Shown here: positions 17,203-29,106 of the stretch, piece after piece
How the letters are laid out: every line of letters starts with the position of its first letter
Numbering within the stretch: position 1 is the first letter of the stretch
Assembly (NCBI GenBank): GCA_963807165.1
Contig: CAWDZM010000001.1
Coordinates: 417,521-481,520 of the forward strand
Length of the DNA stretch: 64,000 bases
DNA from: an uncultured bacterium
GTDB lineage: Bacteria > Patescibacteriota > Minisyncoccia > UBA6257 > 2-01-FULL-56-20
Direction: 5' to 3'
Notes under the pieces: model-generated
Seen by the model: only the letters and a program-made list of their open reading frames with translations
Told to the model about the DNA's origin: nothing
Database searches by the model: none
Made by a program: the position numbers and the translations under genes

Positions 17203-18918
17203 CTATTCGCGGATGACGCGCAGCACTTCCTCCAGCGTTGTAAGCGCGATTTCCACTTTCCACAACCCATCCTCGAACATAGTCTTCATGCCCGACTCCT
17301 GCGCCTGCGCGCGCACCGCGGCCAGATCAAATTCGGGCTTTACGATCAATTCCTTTATCTTTTCATCCACTTCGAGCGCCTCGTAGATGGCGAGACGGCC
17401 GCGATAGCCTGTGCCGCCGCACGAAGAACATCCCTTGCCGGCATAGAATGTCTTTGGCACGTGCGTCTTTGCCGGATCGAGACCGTTGCCTACAATCTGT
17501 TTTTGCAATATTGCGAGAATTGACGCATCAGCATCATAGGAATAGATACACGACGGGCAGATCTTTCTTACCAGACGCTGGGCGAGCACCAGATTGAGCA
17601 CCGAGCTCACGAGAAACGGGGGGATGTTCATATTAAAGAAGCGCGGGATGGCCGTCGGCGCGTCGTTCGTGTGGAGCGAGGAGAGCAGCAAGTGTCCGGT
17701 GAGCGCTGCCTGCACCGCAATGTCGGCTGTCTCGGCGTCGCGAATCTCACCGACCATGATGATGTTCGGGTCCTGGCGCATGAGCGCGCGAAGTCCGGAC
17801 GCAAAGCTGATGCCCGCATCCGGATTGATCTGCGTCTGGTTGACGTAGCGCATATTGTATTCGATCGGGTCCTCGACGGTCGTCACGTTTACCTCAGGGC
17901 GATTCAAGATGTTCATCAACGCGTAGAGCGTCGTCGTCTTTCCGGAACCGGTCGGACCGCACGAGATGAGCATGCCGAACGATTTTTTGAGATTACTCGA
18001 AACGATCTTCGCGACGTCCGGAGACATGCCAAGCTCTTCCAAAGAAAGCGGCTTCTGCGACGATTCAAGCAAACGCATTTCCACCTTTTCGCCATAGAAC
18101 GTCGGCATCGTGGAAACGCGCACATCGATCTCCTGACCACCAAGCTGGTAGCGGAAACGGCCGTCCTGCGGTGCAAAATGTTCGTCGATCTTCAGCCCCG
18201 CGAGTAGTTTGATGCGCGCGACAATTCCAGGATGCACTTTTTTCGTAATATCCATCACCTGATATAAAATGCCGTCAATGCGATAGCGAATGAACGTAGA
18301 TTCCTCCAGAAGCTCGATATGAATATCCGACGCACGCGAGGCGAGTGCATAAGAAAGAATGTTATCCACGATGCCGACGATCGGAAGGTCATCGGCCGCC
18401 GCGGCCGCGCTCTCCGATTGGTTCATGAGCGATGCGCGAACGTTGTCATCGATCGTCTTTTTAAAATCCTGCCCGAGCTCATAACCATATACGGAGAATC
18501 CACGGTTCAGATCCCCCAACGATGCAAGAAATGGCCGAATCTTCCCGCCCAACTTCTGTTCCAAAAATTCCCGCGTTTCAAGATCCGACGGATCAACCAT
18601 CGCCACGTCATACGTCCCGTCCTCTTCTTTATTAAAGACAATCGCCTGCCGCTGGCGCGCGACGTTCTCCGCCAAAAGATTCACCACCTCCTTATTGACC
18701 GGATGAAGGCTAAAGTCCGCGCGCGGCACGCCGAGCAGCTTGGCGATAAGGTCGTTCAGATAATTTCCCTCCACGATCTTCTCGGAAACCAGCACCTCTA
18801 TAATATTCTGGCTTTTGCGTTCCGCCTCCTGATACAGCTCATCGAACCGCTCAGCGGTGATGAGGTTTTGATCCATCAATAGTTTCTTCAGCTGATCCGG
18901 GGAGATAGGGAGTTTCAT
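17203..18918 (-). CDS. pilB: Type IV pilus assembly ATPase PilB (GspE family).
   Basis: The Walker A motif GPTGSGKTTTLYA and a GspE-like N-domain are present. The start is at MKLPISP; the longer ORF would overlap a terminator. Confidence 0.9.
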   Translation of the reverse strand: MKLPISPDQLKKLLMDQNLITAERFDELYQEAERKSQNIIEVLVSEKIVEGNYLNDLIAKLLGVPRADFSLHPVNKEVVNLLAENVARQRQAIVFNKEEDGTYDVAMVDPSDLETREFLEQKLGGKIRPFLASLGDLNRGFSVYGYELGQDFKKTIDDNVRASLMNQSESAAAAADDLPIVGIVDNILSYALASRASDIHIELLEESTFIRYRIDGILYQVMDITKKVHPGIVARIKLLAGLKIDEHFAPQDGRFRYQLGGQEIDVRVSTMPTFYGEKVEMRLLESSQKPLSLEELGMSPDVAKIVSSNLKKSFGMLISCGPTGSGKTTTLYALMNILNRPEVNVTTVEDPIEYNMRYVNQTQINPDAGISFASGLRALMRQDPNIIMVGEIRDAETADIAVQAALTGHLLLSSLHTNDAPTAIPRFFNMNIPPFLVSSVLNLVLAQRLVRKICPSCIYSYDADASILAILQKQIVGNGLDPAKTHVPKTFYAGKGCSSCGGTGYRGRLAIYEALEVDEKIKELIVKPEFDLAAVRAQAQESGMKTMFEDGLWKVEIALTTLEEVLRVIRE

Positions 18919-18985
18919 AGTATCGTTCCTTAATAATAGCAGAGCGCCCGACAAAATAAAAAGCGCCGGCCGAAGCCGACGCTTT

Positions 18986-19684
18986 TTATACCGAATACGA
19001 TACAAGATCTACTCTAGAGACCAGCAAATTCGTTCCTGACTCCAAAGTGCATATGGAATTTCCGCCGTCGGTCGAGTCGACATCGCCCGTACCTCCCTGC
19101 GTTGTACTTCGCGCTCTCCGTCTTAGTGGAAAGCTTGTATGTAGTTGCCGCGCCCACATACGTGTAGACGTTGGTCGCCAGCTATCGACCGGATCCACAG
19201 GCAAGAGCACCGATAGGAGCTCCCGAACTGATCACATTGAAGTTGAGGGGAATCCATCCGGCACCCGTGATCGCACGCGCAGCGCTTCCGGCGGCTGCAC
19301 TGACGAGAGTGGTGCCACACCTGACGAAGATATCCCCAACCCGTACCAGAGTTGGTGTGCAAGTAGTGGCACAACCGGAGCTGTGGTAGAAGCGAGTGGT
19401 GGCGACTATCACCAGACTATCGGTCCGATAGGAATATCGTGCTGTCGAAGTTGTAGATCGGACCGACTCTGCACGTGGTCGTTGTCGACATCTTCAGAAT
19501 ACAACCCGATGGCGCTCTTCAGCGTTGCGAAGTCAGAGACACGGTTCGAGTCCCTCGACTGGCGCAAAAGTTCCGCCGGGTTAAGGGTCAAGATGACGAC
19601 GACTGCCAAGATTGCGATGATCGCGATAACGACCAACAATTCGATAAGGGTGAAGCCCTTCTGGTTTTTTAGATTTTTTCTCAT
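18986..19684 (-). pseudogene. Type IV pilin, paralog of the 25321 pilin N-terminal region, disrupted by about four frameshifts.
   Basis: The N-terminus MRKNLKNQKGFTLIELLVVIAII is intact for 91 aa. Homology to the 25321 pilin (GWIPLNFN, TDGGNSICTLESGTNL) then continues across three frames. A TATAAT -10 box lies at 19741-19746 on the minus strand. Confidence 0.5.
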
Positions 19685-19793
19685 GTTTTATCTTTTGATA
19701 GATATGTTAGAGAACCTCGACCTTTTATTCTCTTGCTTTCATTATACGATACCCTAGGAAATGAGCCATGTGGATAAAGTCCACCCCTAACTT

Positions 19794-20537
19794 TTATAGA
19801 GCAAACTCCGGCGGAAGCGGCGCCTCGAACTCAAAGCGATTCCCCGCGTCATCCGAAAACTCCAGCGCCGCGGCATGGAGCATAAGGCGTGGCCGATCAA
19901 CGATTTCTCCGTGGCGCGCATTGCGCACCTTCTTTCCATACAGCAGATCCCCCACGATCGGATGCCCGATGCTCGCAAGATGCACGCGGATCTGGTGCGT
20001 GCGCCCGGTTTTGGGATTCACTTTGAGTAACGCGCGGCGTTCGCCATCTCCACCCGCGTTCGCAGGCGCATCAATTTCCTTCACCACTTCATACTCCGTC
20101 ACCGCAGGCTTTGCCATTTTAGAAGAATGAATGCTCCGCTTAAGCGATCCGTTTTTTATTCCGATCGGCGCGTCAATGATCCCTTTTTTATTTTTCGGCA
20201 CGCCCTGCACCACCGCGAAATACGTTTTATGCATCCGATGTTCCTGGAATAATTTTTTGAGGTGCTCAAACGATGCCTGCGCCCTCGCAACGATCATCAC
20301 GCCGGACGTCGCCTTATCCAAGCGGTGAACGATGCCCGGCCGGAGCACCGGCTCATCGCCCACATTCACCATCTCCGGATACCGCGCAAGCAACCAGTCC
20401 ACGAGCGTCGGTTCCGCCGCGCGCGCTGGATCAAGCCGCCGCGCATCGCTCACCCGCGCCGCGTGCACCATCAACCCCGCCGGTTTGTTCACGACGACAA
20501 AATCCTTGTTCTCAAAAATGACTGCGGGGGCGTGCAT
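19794..20537 (-). CDS. RluA-family pseudouridine synthase.
   Basis: The HRLDKATSGVMIVA catalytic Asp motif is present. Confidence 0.85.
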   Translation of the reverse strand: MHAPAVIFENKDFVVVNKPAGLMVHAARVSDARRLDPARAAEPTLVDWLLARYPEMVNVGDEPVLRPGIVHRLDKATSGVMIVARAQASFEHLKKLFQEHRMHKTYFAVVQGVPKNKKGIIDAPIGIKNGSLKRSIHSSKMAKPAVTEYEVVKEIDAPANAGGDGERRALLKVNPKTGRTHQIRVHLASIGHPIVGDLLYGKKVRNARHGEIVDRPRLMLHAAALEFSDDAGNRFEFEAPLPPEFAL

Positions 20538-20585
20538 ATCTTCTTTATCCTACCTTTTTACTCACTTAAACTTCCAGTCGCACCA

Positions 20586-20699
20586 CAGCAAGAAAGGCAA
20601 AGCTTTTTGGGAACATCTCGGAGGCACGAGGGTGCCGAGAGTAAGCGCGCAACCAGCAGGTTGCGACGCGGTTCCCAAAAAGCTTTGCCTTTCTTGCTA
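20586..20699. repeat. Structured element E2, paralog of E1.
   Basis: A 28-bp inverted-repeat stem flanks a core that shares ATCTCGGA, GAGAGTAAGCGCGC and GCGACGCGGTTC with E1. Both internal hairpins differ from E1 by compensatory changes. It abuts the tRNA-Ile 3' end. Confidence 0.7.
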
Positions 20700-20774
20700 T
20701 GGTGCGCGCAGAAGGAATCGAACCTTCGACCTTTTCATTATCAGTGAAATGCTCTACCACTGAGCTACGCGCGC
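20700..20774 (-). tRNA. tRNA-Ile (GAT).
   Basis: A cloverleaf fold is obtained with anticodon loop CTGATAA. The CCA end is genome-encoded. Confidence 0.85.
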
Positions 20775-20789
20775 GCATCCTGACTGAGC

Positions 20790-20861
20790 GGTGCGCGATG
20801 GAGGGATCGGACCTCCGGCCTTCACAATGTCAATGTGACGCTCTACCACTGAGCTAATCGC
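20790..20861 (-). tRNA. tRNA-Val (GAC).
   Basis: A cloverleaf fold is obtained with anticodon loop TTGACAT. The T-loop reads TCCGATC, which is unusual. Confidence 0.8.
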
Positions 20862-20926
20862 GCAGACACTGCTCGCAGGCAAGGTTTATGATACTGTGGG
20901 CGCGGCGATTTTTCAATAGCGGGGCG

Positions 20927-21166
20927 CTATTGCGTGGAAGTAGACGAGGTGCTGACCACGATGCCACGAAGATCCAGCTTGGACGCGGCGGTCAGATCAA
21001 ATCCCGCCTGACTCGCCGGCGCGGGAGCAACGAGCCCCGCCTGAACCTCGGTAAAAATATCACTGACCGCCCACAGCGAAAATGTGGCGAGGGTGCCGAT
21101 GAAAATAACGGCGAGGGTGCCGATGACGAGGTTAGGATGCGAATGTAATATTTTTTTCATACCCAT
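20927..21166 (-). CDS. Small membrane protein.
   Basis: It has an N-terminal transmembrane segment and is 79 aa. Confidence 0.35.
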   Translation of the reverse strand: MGMKKILHSHPNLVIGTLAVIFIGTLATFSLWAVSDIFTEVQAGLVAPAPASQAGFDLTAASKLDLRGIVVSTSSTSTQ

Positions 21167-21171
21167 AGGTA

Positions 21172-21705
21172 TTAATGGAAGAATAGCGTCCCCTGCCCCG
21201 TGACCTTTTCGTTTGTGCCGTCGTTCGTCATATCAAACGATGTAAGCGTTACTAAAAAATTGGAAGACTTTGCATTCATGCCATCCAAAAATGCAGTGAG
21301 GTCGGAGAGCGGTCCGTCGGCGGTGAAAGAGAATTGCGCCACGCCCGCCGTCGTTCCCGCCGATGGAACGACCGAACCTTGAAATGCCGCGTTCGCCGTA
21401 ACGTTATACTTTGCCCCGAGATCCGAAAGCCATTGCGGAAACGTCACGAGGCCGTACTGATTCGGAAGAAGCTGATCGATCGCCGCCTGATATTGCGCCG
21501 CCTGGGGAACCTGGCCTTTAAGCTGGGCAAGATGTCCCACGGCATCAGTATTCGTCTGGACCGTCGCGCGGGCGGTCGCGATCGCGTTCGCCTGATCAGA
21601 AAGGCTGCCGGAGAAAAATCCCATCGCCACCGCAGCAACGATGATACTTCCGATGATGATCCCGCCACCGATCCATAATTGCTTGGTAAAACGATCCTTG
21701 ACCAT
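21172..21705 (-). CDS. Membrane-anchored hypothetical protein, possibly a PilO-like pilus component.
   Basis: It has an N-terminal transmembrane segment, then a Gln/Ala-rich helical region and a C-terminal beta-rich domain. Confidence 0.4.
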   Translation of the reverse strand: MVKDRFTKQLWIGGGIIIGSIIVAAVAMGFFSGSLSDQANAIATARATVQTNTDAVGHLAQLKGQVPQAAQYQAAIDQLLPNQYGLVTFPQWLSDLGAKYNVTANAAFQGSVVPSAGTTAGVAQFSFTADGPLSDLTAFLDGMNAKSSNFLVTLTSFDMTNDGTNEKVTGQGTLFFH

Positions 21706-21749
21706 AATGCATTCATTATAGCTAAATCAGAAGATTAAATCACTATGAA

Positions 21750-22922
21750 ATGATATTTCTTGATTCTTCGAAAATTTGCTACGCTCAAAATACTTTTATG
21801 AACGAATCACATTATTATCATTCCATCGCCATCGCGACCCATAGCGGCTACGGATCGATGAAAAAATATCATCGGCACTATGGCAGCTGGAGGGCGGCGT
21901 ATGAAGCACTCGCGGAACATCCAGCGCTGCTTCCCGAAAAATCTTTGCCACTTCCCGATCCGCGCGAGGCGTACGAGCGCATGACGTTGTTCGGCATCCG
22001 GCTGGCGCTTCATACGTCGCCGGAATTTCCCGACGCGCTCCGGCATATTCCCTACCCGCCGCTTGCCATCTATCTGCGCGGCGCGGTGATAACGAACGAC
22101 GCGATGCTCGCGCCATCAGCCCGGTGTAGCGCGCCACCCACCATCGCAATCGTCGGCACGCGCCGCGCAAGCATGGATGGAAAAAAGATCGCGCGATATT
22201 TTGCGCGCGAACTCGCTGTAGCGGGATGCACCATCGCAAGCGGCCTCGCCTTCGGCATAGACGCAGCGGCGCACGAGGGCGCGCTCGATGCGTGCGGCGC
22301 AGGTTTAAGCACAGCGCGGAATACCAGCGCCCGCGCCGCCGCCACCATCGCCGTCCTCGCCGGAGGATTAGACGCGGTCTACCCACACTCGCACCGCGCG
22401 CTCGCCGAGCGAATCCTTGCAAGCGGTGGCACGCTCATCTCCGAATATCCGCCCGGCGAACCACCACTCGCGTATCGATTCATCGAACGCAATCGGATCA
22501 TGAGCGGCCTCTCGCGCGGCGTACTTATCGTGGAAGCGCCGGAGTCTTCCGGCGCGCTCGCCACCGCGCGCTACGCGGTGGAGCAAGATCGAGAAGTGTT
22601 CGTCGTGCCCGGCGCGGTGAGCTCCGCGAACTTCAAAGGCTCGCATGCGCTTATCCGTCAAGGGGCGGAACTCGTCACCACGCCGAATGATATTTTTGAT
22701 GCATATAACATTGATAAAAAGAAAAATATCAACGGGCATATCGCCGCCGCATCGCCGGAAGAAACCCTTATTTTAAAAGCGCTTACAGAGATATGTGTAC
22801 CTGCCGATGTTGACAAACTCATCACATTGACTAGACTTGAACCCCGCGTGGTCAATCAGACATTAAGCTTCCTTTTACTGCGCGGAAATATCAAAGAATC
22901 GAACGGAGGGTATACAATATAA
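21750..22922 (+). CDS. dprA: DNA processing protein DprA (Smf).
   Basis: The Rossmann-like DprA core is present (GLAFGIDAAAHEGAL, ILASGGTLISEYPPG). The start may be the internal Met at about 21798. Confidence 0.85.
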   Translation: MIFLDSSKICYAQNTFMNESHYYHSIAIATHSGYGSMKKYHRHYGSWRAAYEALAEHPALLPEKSLPLPDPREAYERMTLFGIRLALHTSPEFPDALRHIPYPPLAIYLRGAVITNDAMLAPSARCSAPPTIAIVGTRRASMDGKKIARYFARELAVAGCTIASGLAFGIDAAAHEGALDACGAGLSTARNTSARAAATIAVLAGGLDAVYPHSHRALAERILASGGTLISEYPPGEPPLAYRFIERNRIMSGLSRGVLIVEAPESSGALATARYAVEQDREVFVVPGAVSSANFKGSHALIRQGAELVTTPNDIFDAYNIDKKKNINGHIAAASPEETLILKALTEICVPADVDKLITLTRLEPRVVNQTLSFLLLRGNIKESNGGYTI

Positions 22923-22946
22923 ACAATTCACTCTATATATAAGGAC

Positions 22947-25226
<2,280 letters not shown>

Positions 25227-25229
<3 letters not shown>

Positions 25230-25291
25230 CCTACACCGGCGCGCTCCGATATAGGAATGTCCACTCGCTTACCGGTGTAGGTTATTTTTTT
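25227..25291 (+). terminator. Terminator hairpin after topA.
   Basis: A 12-bp stem (AACCTACACCGG/CCGGTGTAGGTT) is followed by a T-run. Confidence 0.6.
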
Positions 25292-25320
25292 ACCGTGCGA
25301 GGTATAATAGAAATATCAAC

Positions 25321-27300
25321 ATGAAAAGAGGATTTACCCTTATCGAGCTCCTGGTTACCGTCGGCATCATCGCATTGCTTGCGATCGTGGTGGTTGTCGT
25401 CATCAATCCCGCCGAACTGCTCAAGCAAGGGCGCGACGTCACTCGTGTGTCCGATATGAGCACGCTCACCAAGGCGATCTCGCTCTATTATCAGGATGCG
25501 ATGAGCAACCCCAACACGCTGTTCATGGGAACATCTTCCCTCGTATACGTTTCCGTCCCCGACCCGGCAGCAACCTCGACCGCCGGAGATCAATGCCAGG
25601 GGCTCGGCCTTCCGTCGGCGCCGTCGGGTACCATATACCAATGTGCGCCGTCTTCCACTTATAAAAAGACCGACGGCACCGGATGGATCCCGATCAATTT
25701 CAATTCTTATTTATCCGGTCAAGGCGGATCGATCATCTCCACCCTCCCCACCGATCCAAAAAACGCTACCTCGACCAACTTCTACTATACCTATACCACC
25801 GACGGGATCGGGGGGTTCAAACTAGCGGCATATCTAGAATCACAAAAATATTCTCCACAGATGACGACCGACGGCGGCATCGATCCTCTGACGTATGAAA
25901 AAGGAACCAATCTTGCGCTCGCGTTAGGACGCACGTTCGGAGCAACCAATCCTTCCCCGACCCTCGCTTCCATCAGCCCGAATGCCACGAGCACCGGCGG
26001 CGGCACATTCACCCTGACGGAAAATGGCTCAAGCTTTGTAAGCGGCGCCACCGTCAACTGGAACGGCAGTGCCCTTTCGACCACATATGTTTCCGCTTCC
26101 CAGCTTACCGCCACCGTTCCTTCGGGCGATATCGCGATCGCGGGAAGCAACTTCGTCACGGTCACCAATCCCACGCCGGGCGGAGGTACCTCGGGCAGTG
26201 CGACCTTCTCGGTCACGGGTGCCAGTGGCTACGCCTACGATCGCGCCATCACCGTCAGCGCCAATACCAACATCGCTTCCGGCACGGAATCAAATTTCCC
26301 GATGCTCGTCTCGAGCACGCTCGCCTCATGGGAACCGACCTCTCTTGGCGGCCATATCCAGAATCTTGTGACCGCGCCGAACGGCGGCACCGAACCGGCC
26401 GATCTCATTTATTCCACGTCCTCTTACTGCACAAGCCCTCTCAGTTTCGAAACCGAAAGCTACGTTTCTTCTACGGGGGCGCTCGTTGATTGGGTAAAGG
26501 TTCCTTCCCTGGCGGCTAGCCAGGTCATCTATGCGTGCTATGGAAACTCATCGGTGACAACAGACCAAAGCCATCCTAGTTCAACGTGGAATAGTACCTA
26601 TGCGGGAGTGTGGCACGTCGCCAATCCGACGAGTAGCGTGAGTACCTATGACTCCGTTACGGGAGGAGGCGGAACAAACAATGGACCAGTCGAAACTTCC
26701 ACGGGACAAATTGATGGCGCGGGCATATGGGGCACCCACAGTACGGATGGTATTACCACCGACCTCAATAGTAGTTCCACGCAGCGGAGCTATTCCATTT
26801 GGTTCAACGCGAGCGGCGGTGGCGGTGGTTCTCTCGGCCGCTTATGGGATAAGCGGGTAAGCGGAGCGCAGATCGATGAAGCATATTTTGGGAATGACAG
26901 CAGTATTATTGGAATTGTTTATGCTCCCACGTGGAGTGGAGGGGCGGCTGGATGGGTATGGACAAACGGCGGCACGGGCGGCCCAACCCTTAACACATGG
27001 TATTACCTCACCATTACCTACAACAATTCAAGCGTATCTAATGCCCCTATTTTCTACATCAATGGGGTTGCCACTTCAACGAGCGTGGCGATCTCCCCAT
27101 CAGGAAGTCCTACTTACAACACTGACGATTATGTTATAGGAAACAGAGCAAATGACTATGCGAGGAACTGGCAGGGAAAATTAGATGAATTTGAAATTGC
27201 TAATACCATTTTTACCCCGTCATGGGTTTTGACCCAGTATAACAACCAAAATAGCCCTTCGACGTTCTATTCGGTAGGGAGTGAGGGCACCCCGAACTAA
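25321..27300 (+). CDS. Giant type IV pilin-like protein with a C-terminal lectin-like (LamG/ConA-like) domain.
   Basis: The N-terminus MKRGFTLIELLVTVGIIALLAIV is a prepilin motif. The protein is 659 aa and Ser/Thr-rich. A TATAAT box lies 13 nt upstream, giving a very short leader. Confidence 0.8.
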   Translation: MKRGFTLIELLVTVGIIALLAIVVVVVINPAELLKQGRDVTRVSDMSTLTKAISLYYQDAMSNPNTLFMGTSSLVYVSVPDPAATSTAGDQCQGLGLPSAPSGTIYQCAPSSTYKKTDGTGWIPINFNSYLSGQGGSIISTLPTDPKNATSTNFYYTYTTDGIGGFKLAAYLESQKYSPQMTTDGGIDPLTYEKGTNLALALGRTFGATNPSPTLASISPNATSTGGGTFTLTENGSSFVSGATVNWNGSALSTTYVSASQLTATVPSGDIAIAGSNFVTVTNPTPGGGTSGSATFSVTGASGYAYDRAITVSANTNIASGTESNFPMLVSSTLASWEPTSLGGHIQNLVTAPNGGTEPADLIYSTSSYCTSPLSFETESYVSSTGALVDWVKVPSLAASQVIYACYGNSSVTTDQSHPSSTWNSTYAGVWHVANPTSSVSTYDSVTGGGGTNNGPVETSTGQIDGAGIWGTHSTDGITTDLNSSSTQRSYSIWFNASGGGGGSLGRLWDKRVSGAQIDEAYFGNDSSIIGIVYAPTWSGGAAGWVWTNGGTGGPTLNTWYYLTITYNNSSVSNAPIFYINGVATSTSVAISPSGSPTYNTDDYVIGNRANDYARNWQGKLDEFEIANTIFTPSWVLTQYNNQNSPSTFYSVGSEGTPN

Positions 27301-27320
27301 AAAATCCGTAGTCCACGATT

Positions 27321-29096
27321 ATGACCGTCAAAGAAATTGCAAAGAAAGAACCGGGAAGCCTTATCGGCCGCGCATATGCGTTTGCGGAGAAGGCCCACGC
27401 TGGGCAAAAAAGAAAAACTGGGGAGCCCTATTTTAATCACCCCCTCGCGGCTGCGGAAATATTGCACTCATGGCATCTGGACGATGCGACCATCGTGGCG
27501 GGAATATTGCACGATACCGTAGAGGATACGGGCGTGCCGCTCGAGACCATCAAAAAGGAATTCGGCGCCGAAGTGGCGTTTCTTGTGGACGGCGTCACGA
27601 AACTCGGGCATATTAAATATCGCGAAGCGCCGGTGGCAGCCGAAGCCGGCAATACTGGTAAAGCAATGAAAGCGGCAAAGAAAGGAACCGTAAAGCAGAT
27701 CGCGGAAGAGAGCAAGGCGGAAAATCTGCGCAAGATGGTGTTGGCGTTAAGCCAGGACCTACGCGTGGTCTTCATTAAACTCGCCGACCGAATGCATAAC
27801 ATGCAGACGCTGCGATCCCTGCCACCCGCCAAGCAAAAACGCATTGCGCTCGAAACCGACGAAATCTACGCCTCGCTCGCCTACCGGCTTGGTATGCACA
27901 ACGTGAGCGGCGAACTCCAGGATCTTGCGTTCCCCTACCTCCATCCGCGCGAATACGAATGGCTGATGCGCGCCGCAAAGGAGCGCTATGCGGAACGCGC
28001 CGCATATCTGGAGAAAATAAAGCCTCAGCTCAAAAAAATCTTGGAGACGCACGATATCAAACCGCTCGATATCGAGATCCGCGCCAAGCGCTACAGCAGT
28101 CTCTATAAAAAATTATTGAAGCGCGATATGGACATCGAACGCGTGCATGACCTCGTTGCCATGCGTATCATCGTCGCCACGCTGCCGGAATGTTACGCCG
28201 CGCTCGGCGTCATCCACGAGGCATGGCCTCCGCTTCCGCGCCGCATCAAGGATTATATCGCCATGCCGAAGCCGAACGCCTACCGTAGCCTGCACACCAC
28301 CGTGATCGGCCCCGAAGGCAAGCGCATGGAGATCCAGATCCGCACCAAAGAGATGCACGACGAGAACGAATACGGAATAGCCGCGCACTGGCTTTATAAA
28401 CAAAAAAAGGCAGGCGCGATGATATCGGGAAAGAAACTCGCGCAGGAGATCGCGTGGGTCCAGCAGCTCAAGAATTGGCAGGAGCATTTTGCCGGTGCCG
28501 CAGAAGATCCCGAAGAGTTCGTGCGCGCGATGAAAATTGATTTCTTCACCGACCGCATCTTCGCCGTCACGCCGCGCGGTGACGCCATCGATCTCCCCGT
28601 CGGCTCAACCCCGATCGACTTCGCCTATCACGTCCATTCCGAGATCGGCAATTCGGCGGTCGGCGCCAAAGTGAACGGCGTCATGAGCACGCTCGACCAC
28701 GTTTTGAAATCCGGCGACGTCGTGGAGATCATCACGCAAAAAGGGAAGAAGCCCTCGGAGGACTGGCTTCGCTTCGCGAAGACCACGATTGCACGCAATC
28801 ACATCCGCATGGTGCTGCGCAAGAAGAACACGTTCGGCGCATCGCTCAATCTCCCCACGCATGCCGAGCTCAAGATGACCGTGGAAGATCGCGTCGGCCT
28901 TATCAAAGATATTTCCGGTTCCATCGCCCAAGTGCACATCGGCATCATGAGCTTCCACACCGAACCCGCCACAGGAAAACGGTTCCATATTAATAAAATT
29001 GAGATCTCGTCGACCGACAAAAAAAAGATCGAAAAGCTTCTGGAAAAATTACAAAGGATCAAAGGCGTGAAGGAGATCGGCTACCGGGTGATATAA
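27321..29096 (+). CDS. rel: Bifunctional (p)ppGpp synthetase/hydrolase (Rel/SpoT).
   Basis: The HD domain (ILHDTVEDT), the synthetase domain and TGS and ACT-like C-terminal domains are present. The protein is 591 aa. Confidence 0.9.
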   Translation: MTVKEIAKKEPGSLIGRAYAFAEKAHAGQKRKTGEPYFNHPLAAAEILHSWHLDDATIVAGILHDTVEDTGVPLETIKKEFGAEVAFLVDGVTKLGHIKYREAPVAAEAGNTGKAMKAAKKGTVKQIAEESKAENLRKMVLALSQDLRVVFIKLADRMHNMQTLRSLPPAKQKRIALETDEIYASLAYRLGMHNVSGELQDLAFPYLHPREYEWLMRAAKERYAERAAYLEKIKPQLKKILETHDIKPLDIEIRAKRYSSLYKKLLKRDMDIERVHDLVAMRIIVATLPECYAALGVIHEAWPPLPRRIKDYIAMPKPNAYRSLHTTVIGPEGKRMEIQIRTKEMHDENEYGIAAHWLYKQKKAGAMISGKKLAQEIAWVQQLKNWQEHFAGAAEDPEEFVRAMKIDFFTDRIFAVTPRGDAIDLPVGSTPIDFAYHVHSEIGNSAVGAKVNGVMSTLDHVLKSGDVVEIITQKGKKPSEDWLRFAKTTIARNHIRMVLRKKNTFGASLNLPTHAELKMTVEDRVGLIKDISGSIAQVHIGIMSFHTEPATGKRFHINKIEISSTDKKKIEKLLEKLQRIKGVKEIGYRVI

Positions 29097-29106
29097 AAAG
29101 GTCCTG

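Noticed and set aside
19405-19412. UGA recoding (genetic code 25) to explain the pilin stop.
   Set aside because: All large conserved genes in the window translate cleanly with the standard code. The TGA is immediately followed by TAG, and homology resumes in another frame.
19047-19757. A 236-aa plus-strand ORF spanning the pilin locus.
   Set aside because: It is antisense to a recognisable pilin gene whose homology runs on the minus strand. Its composition is Arg/Ser-rich and it has no start context. It is a shadow ORF.
22226-22690. An Arg-rich 154-aa ORF within dprA and several ORFs of 90-200 aa antisense to dprA.
   Set aside because: They overlap a well-supported DprA frame and show low complexity from reading a GC-rich gene off-frame.
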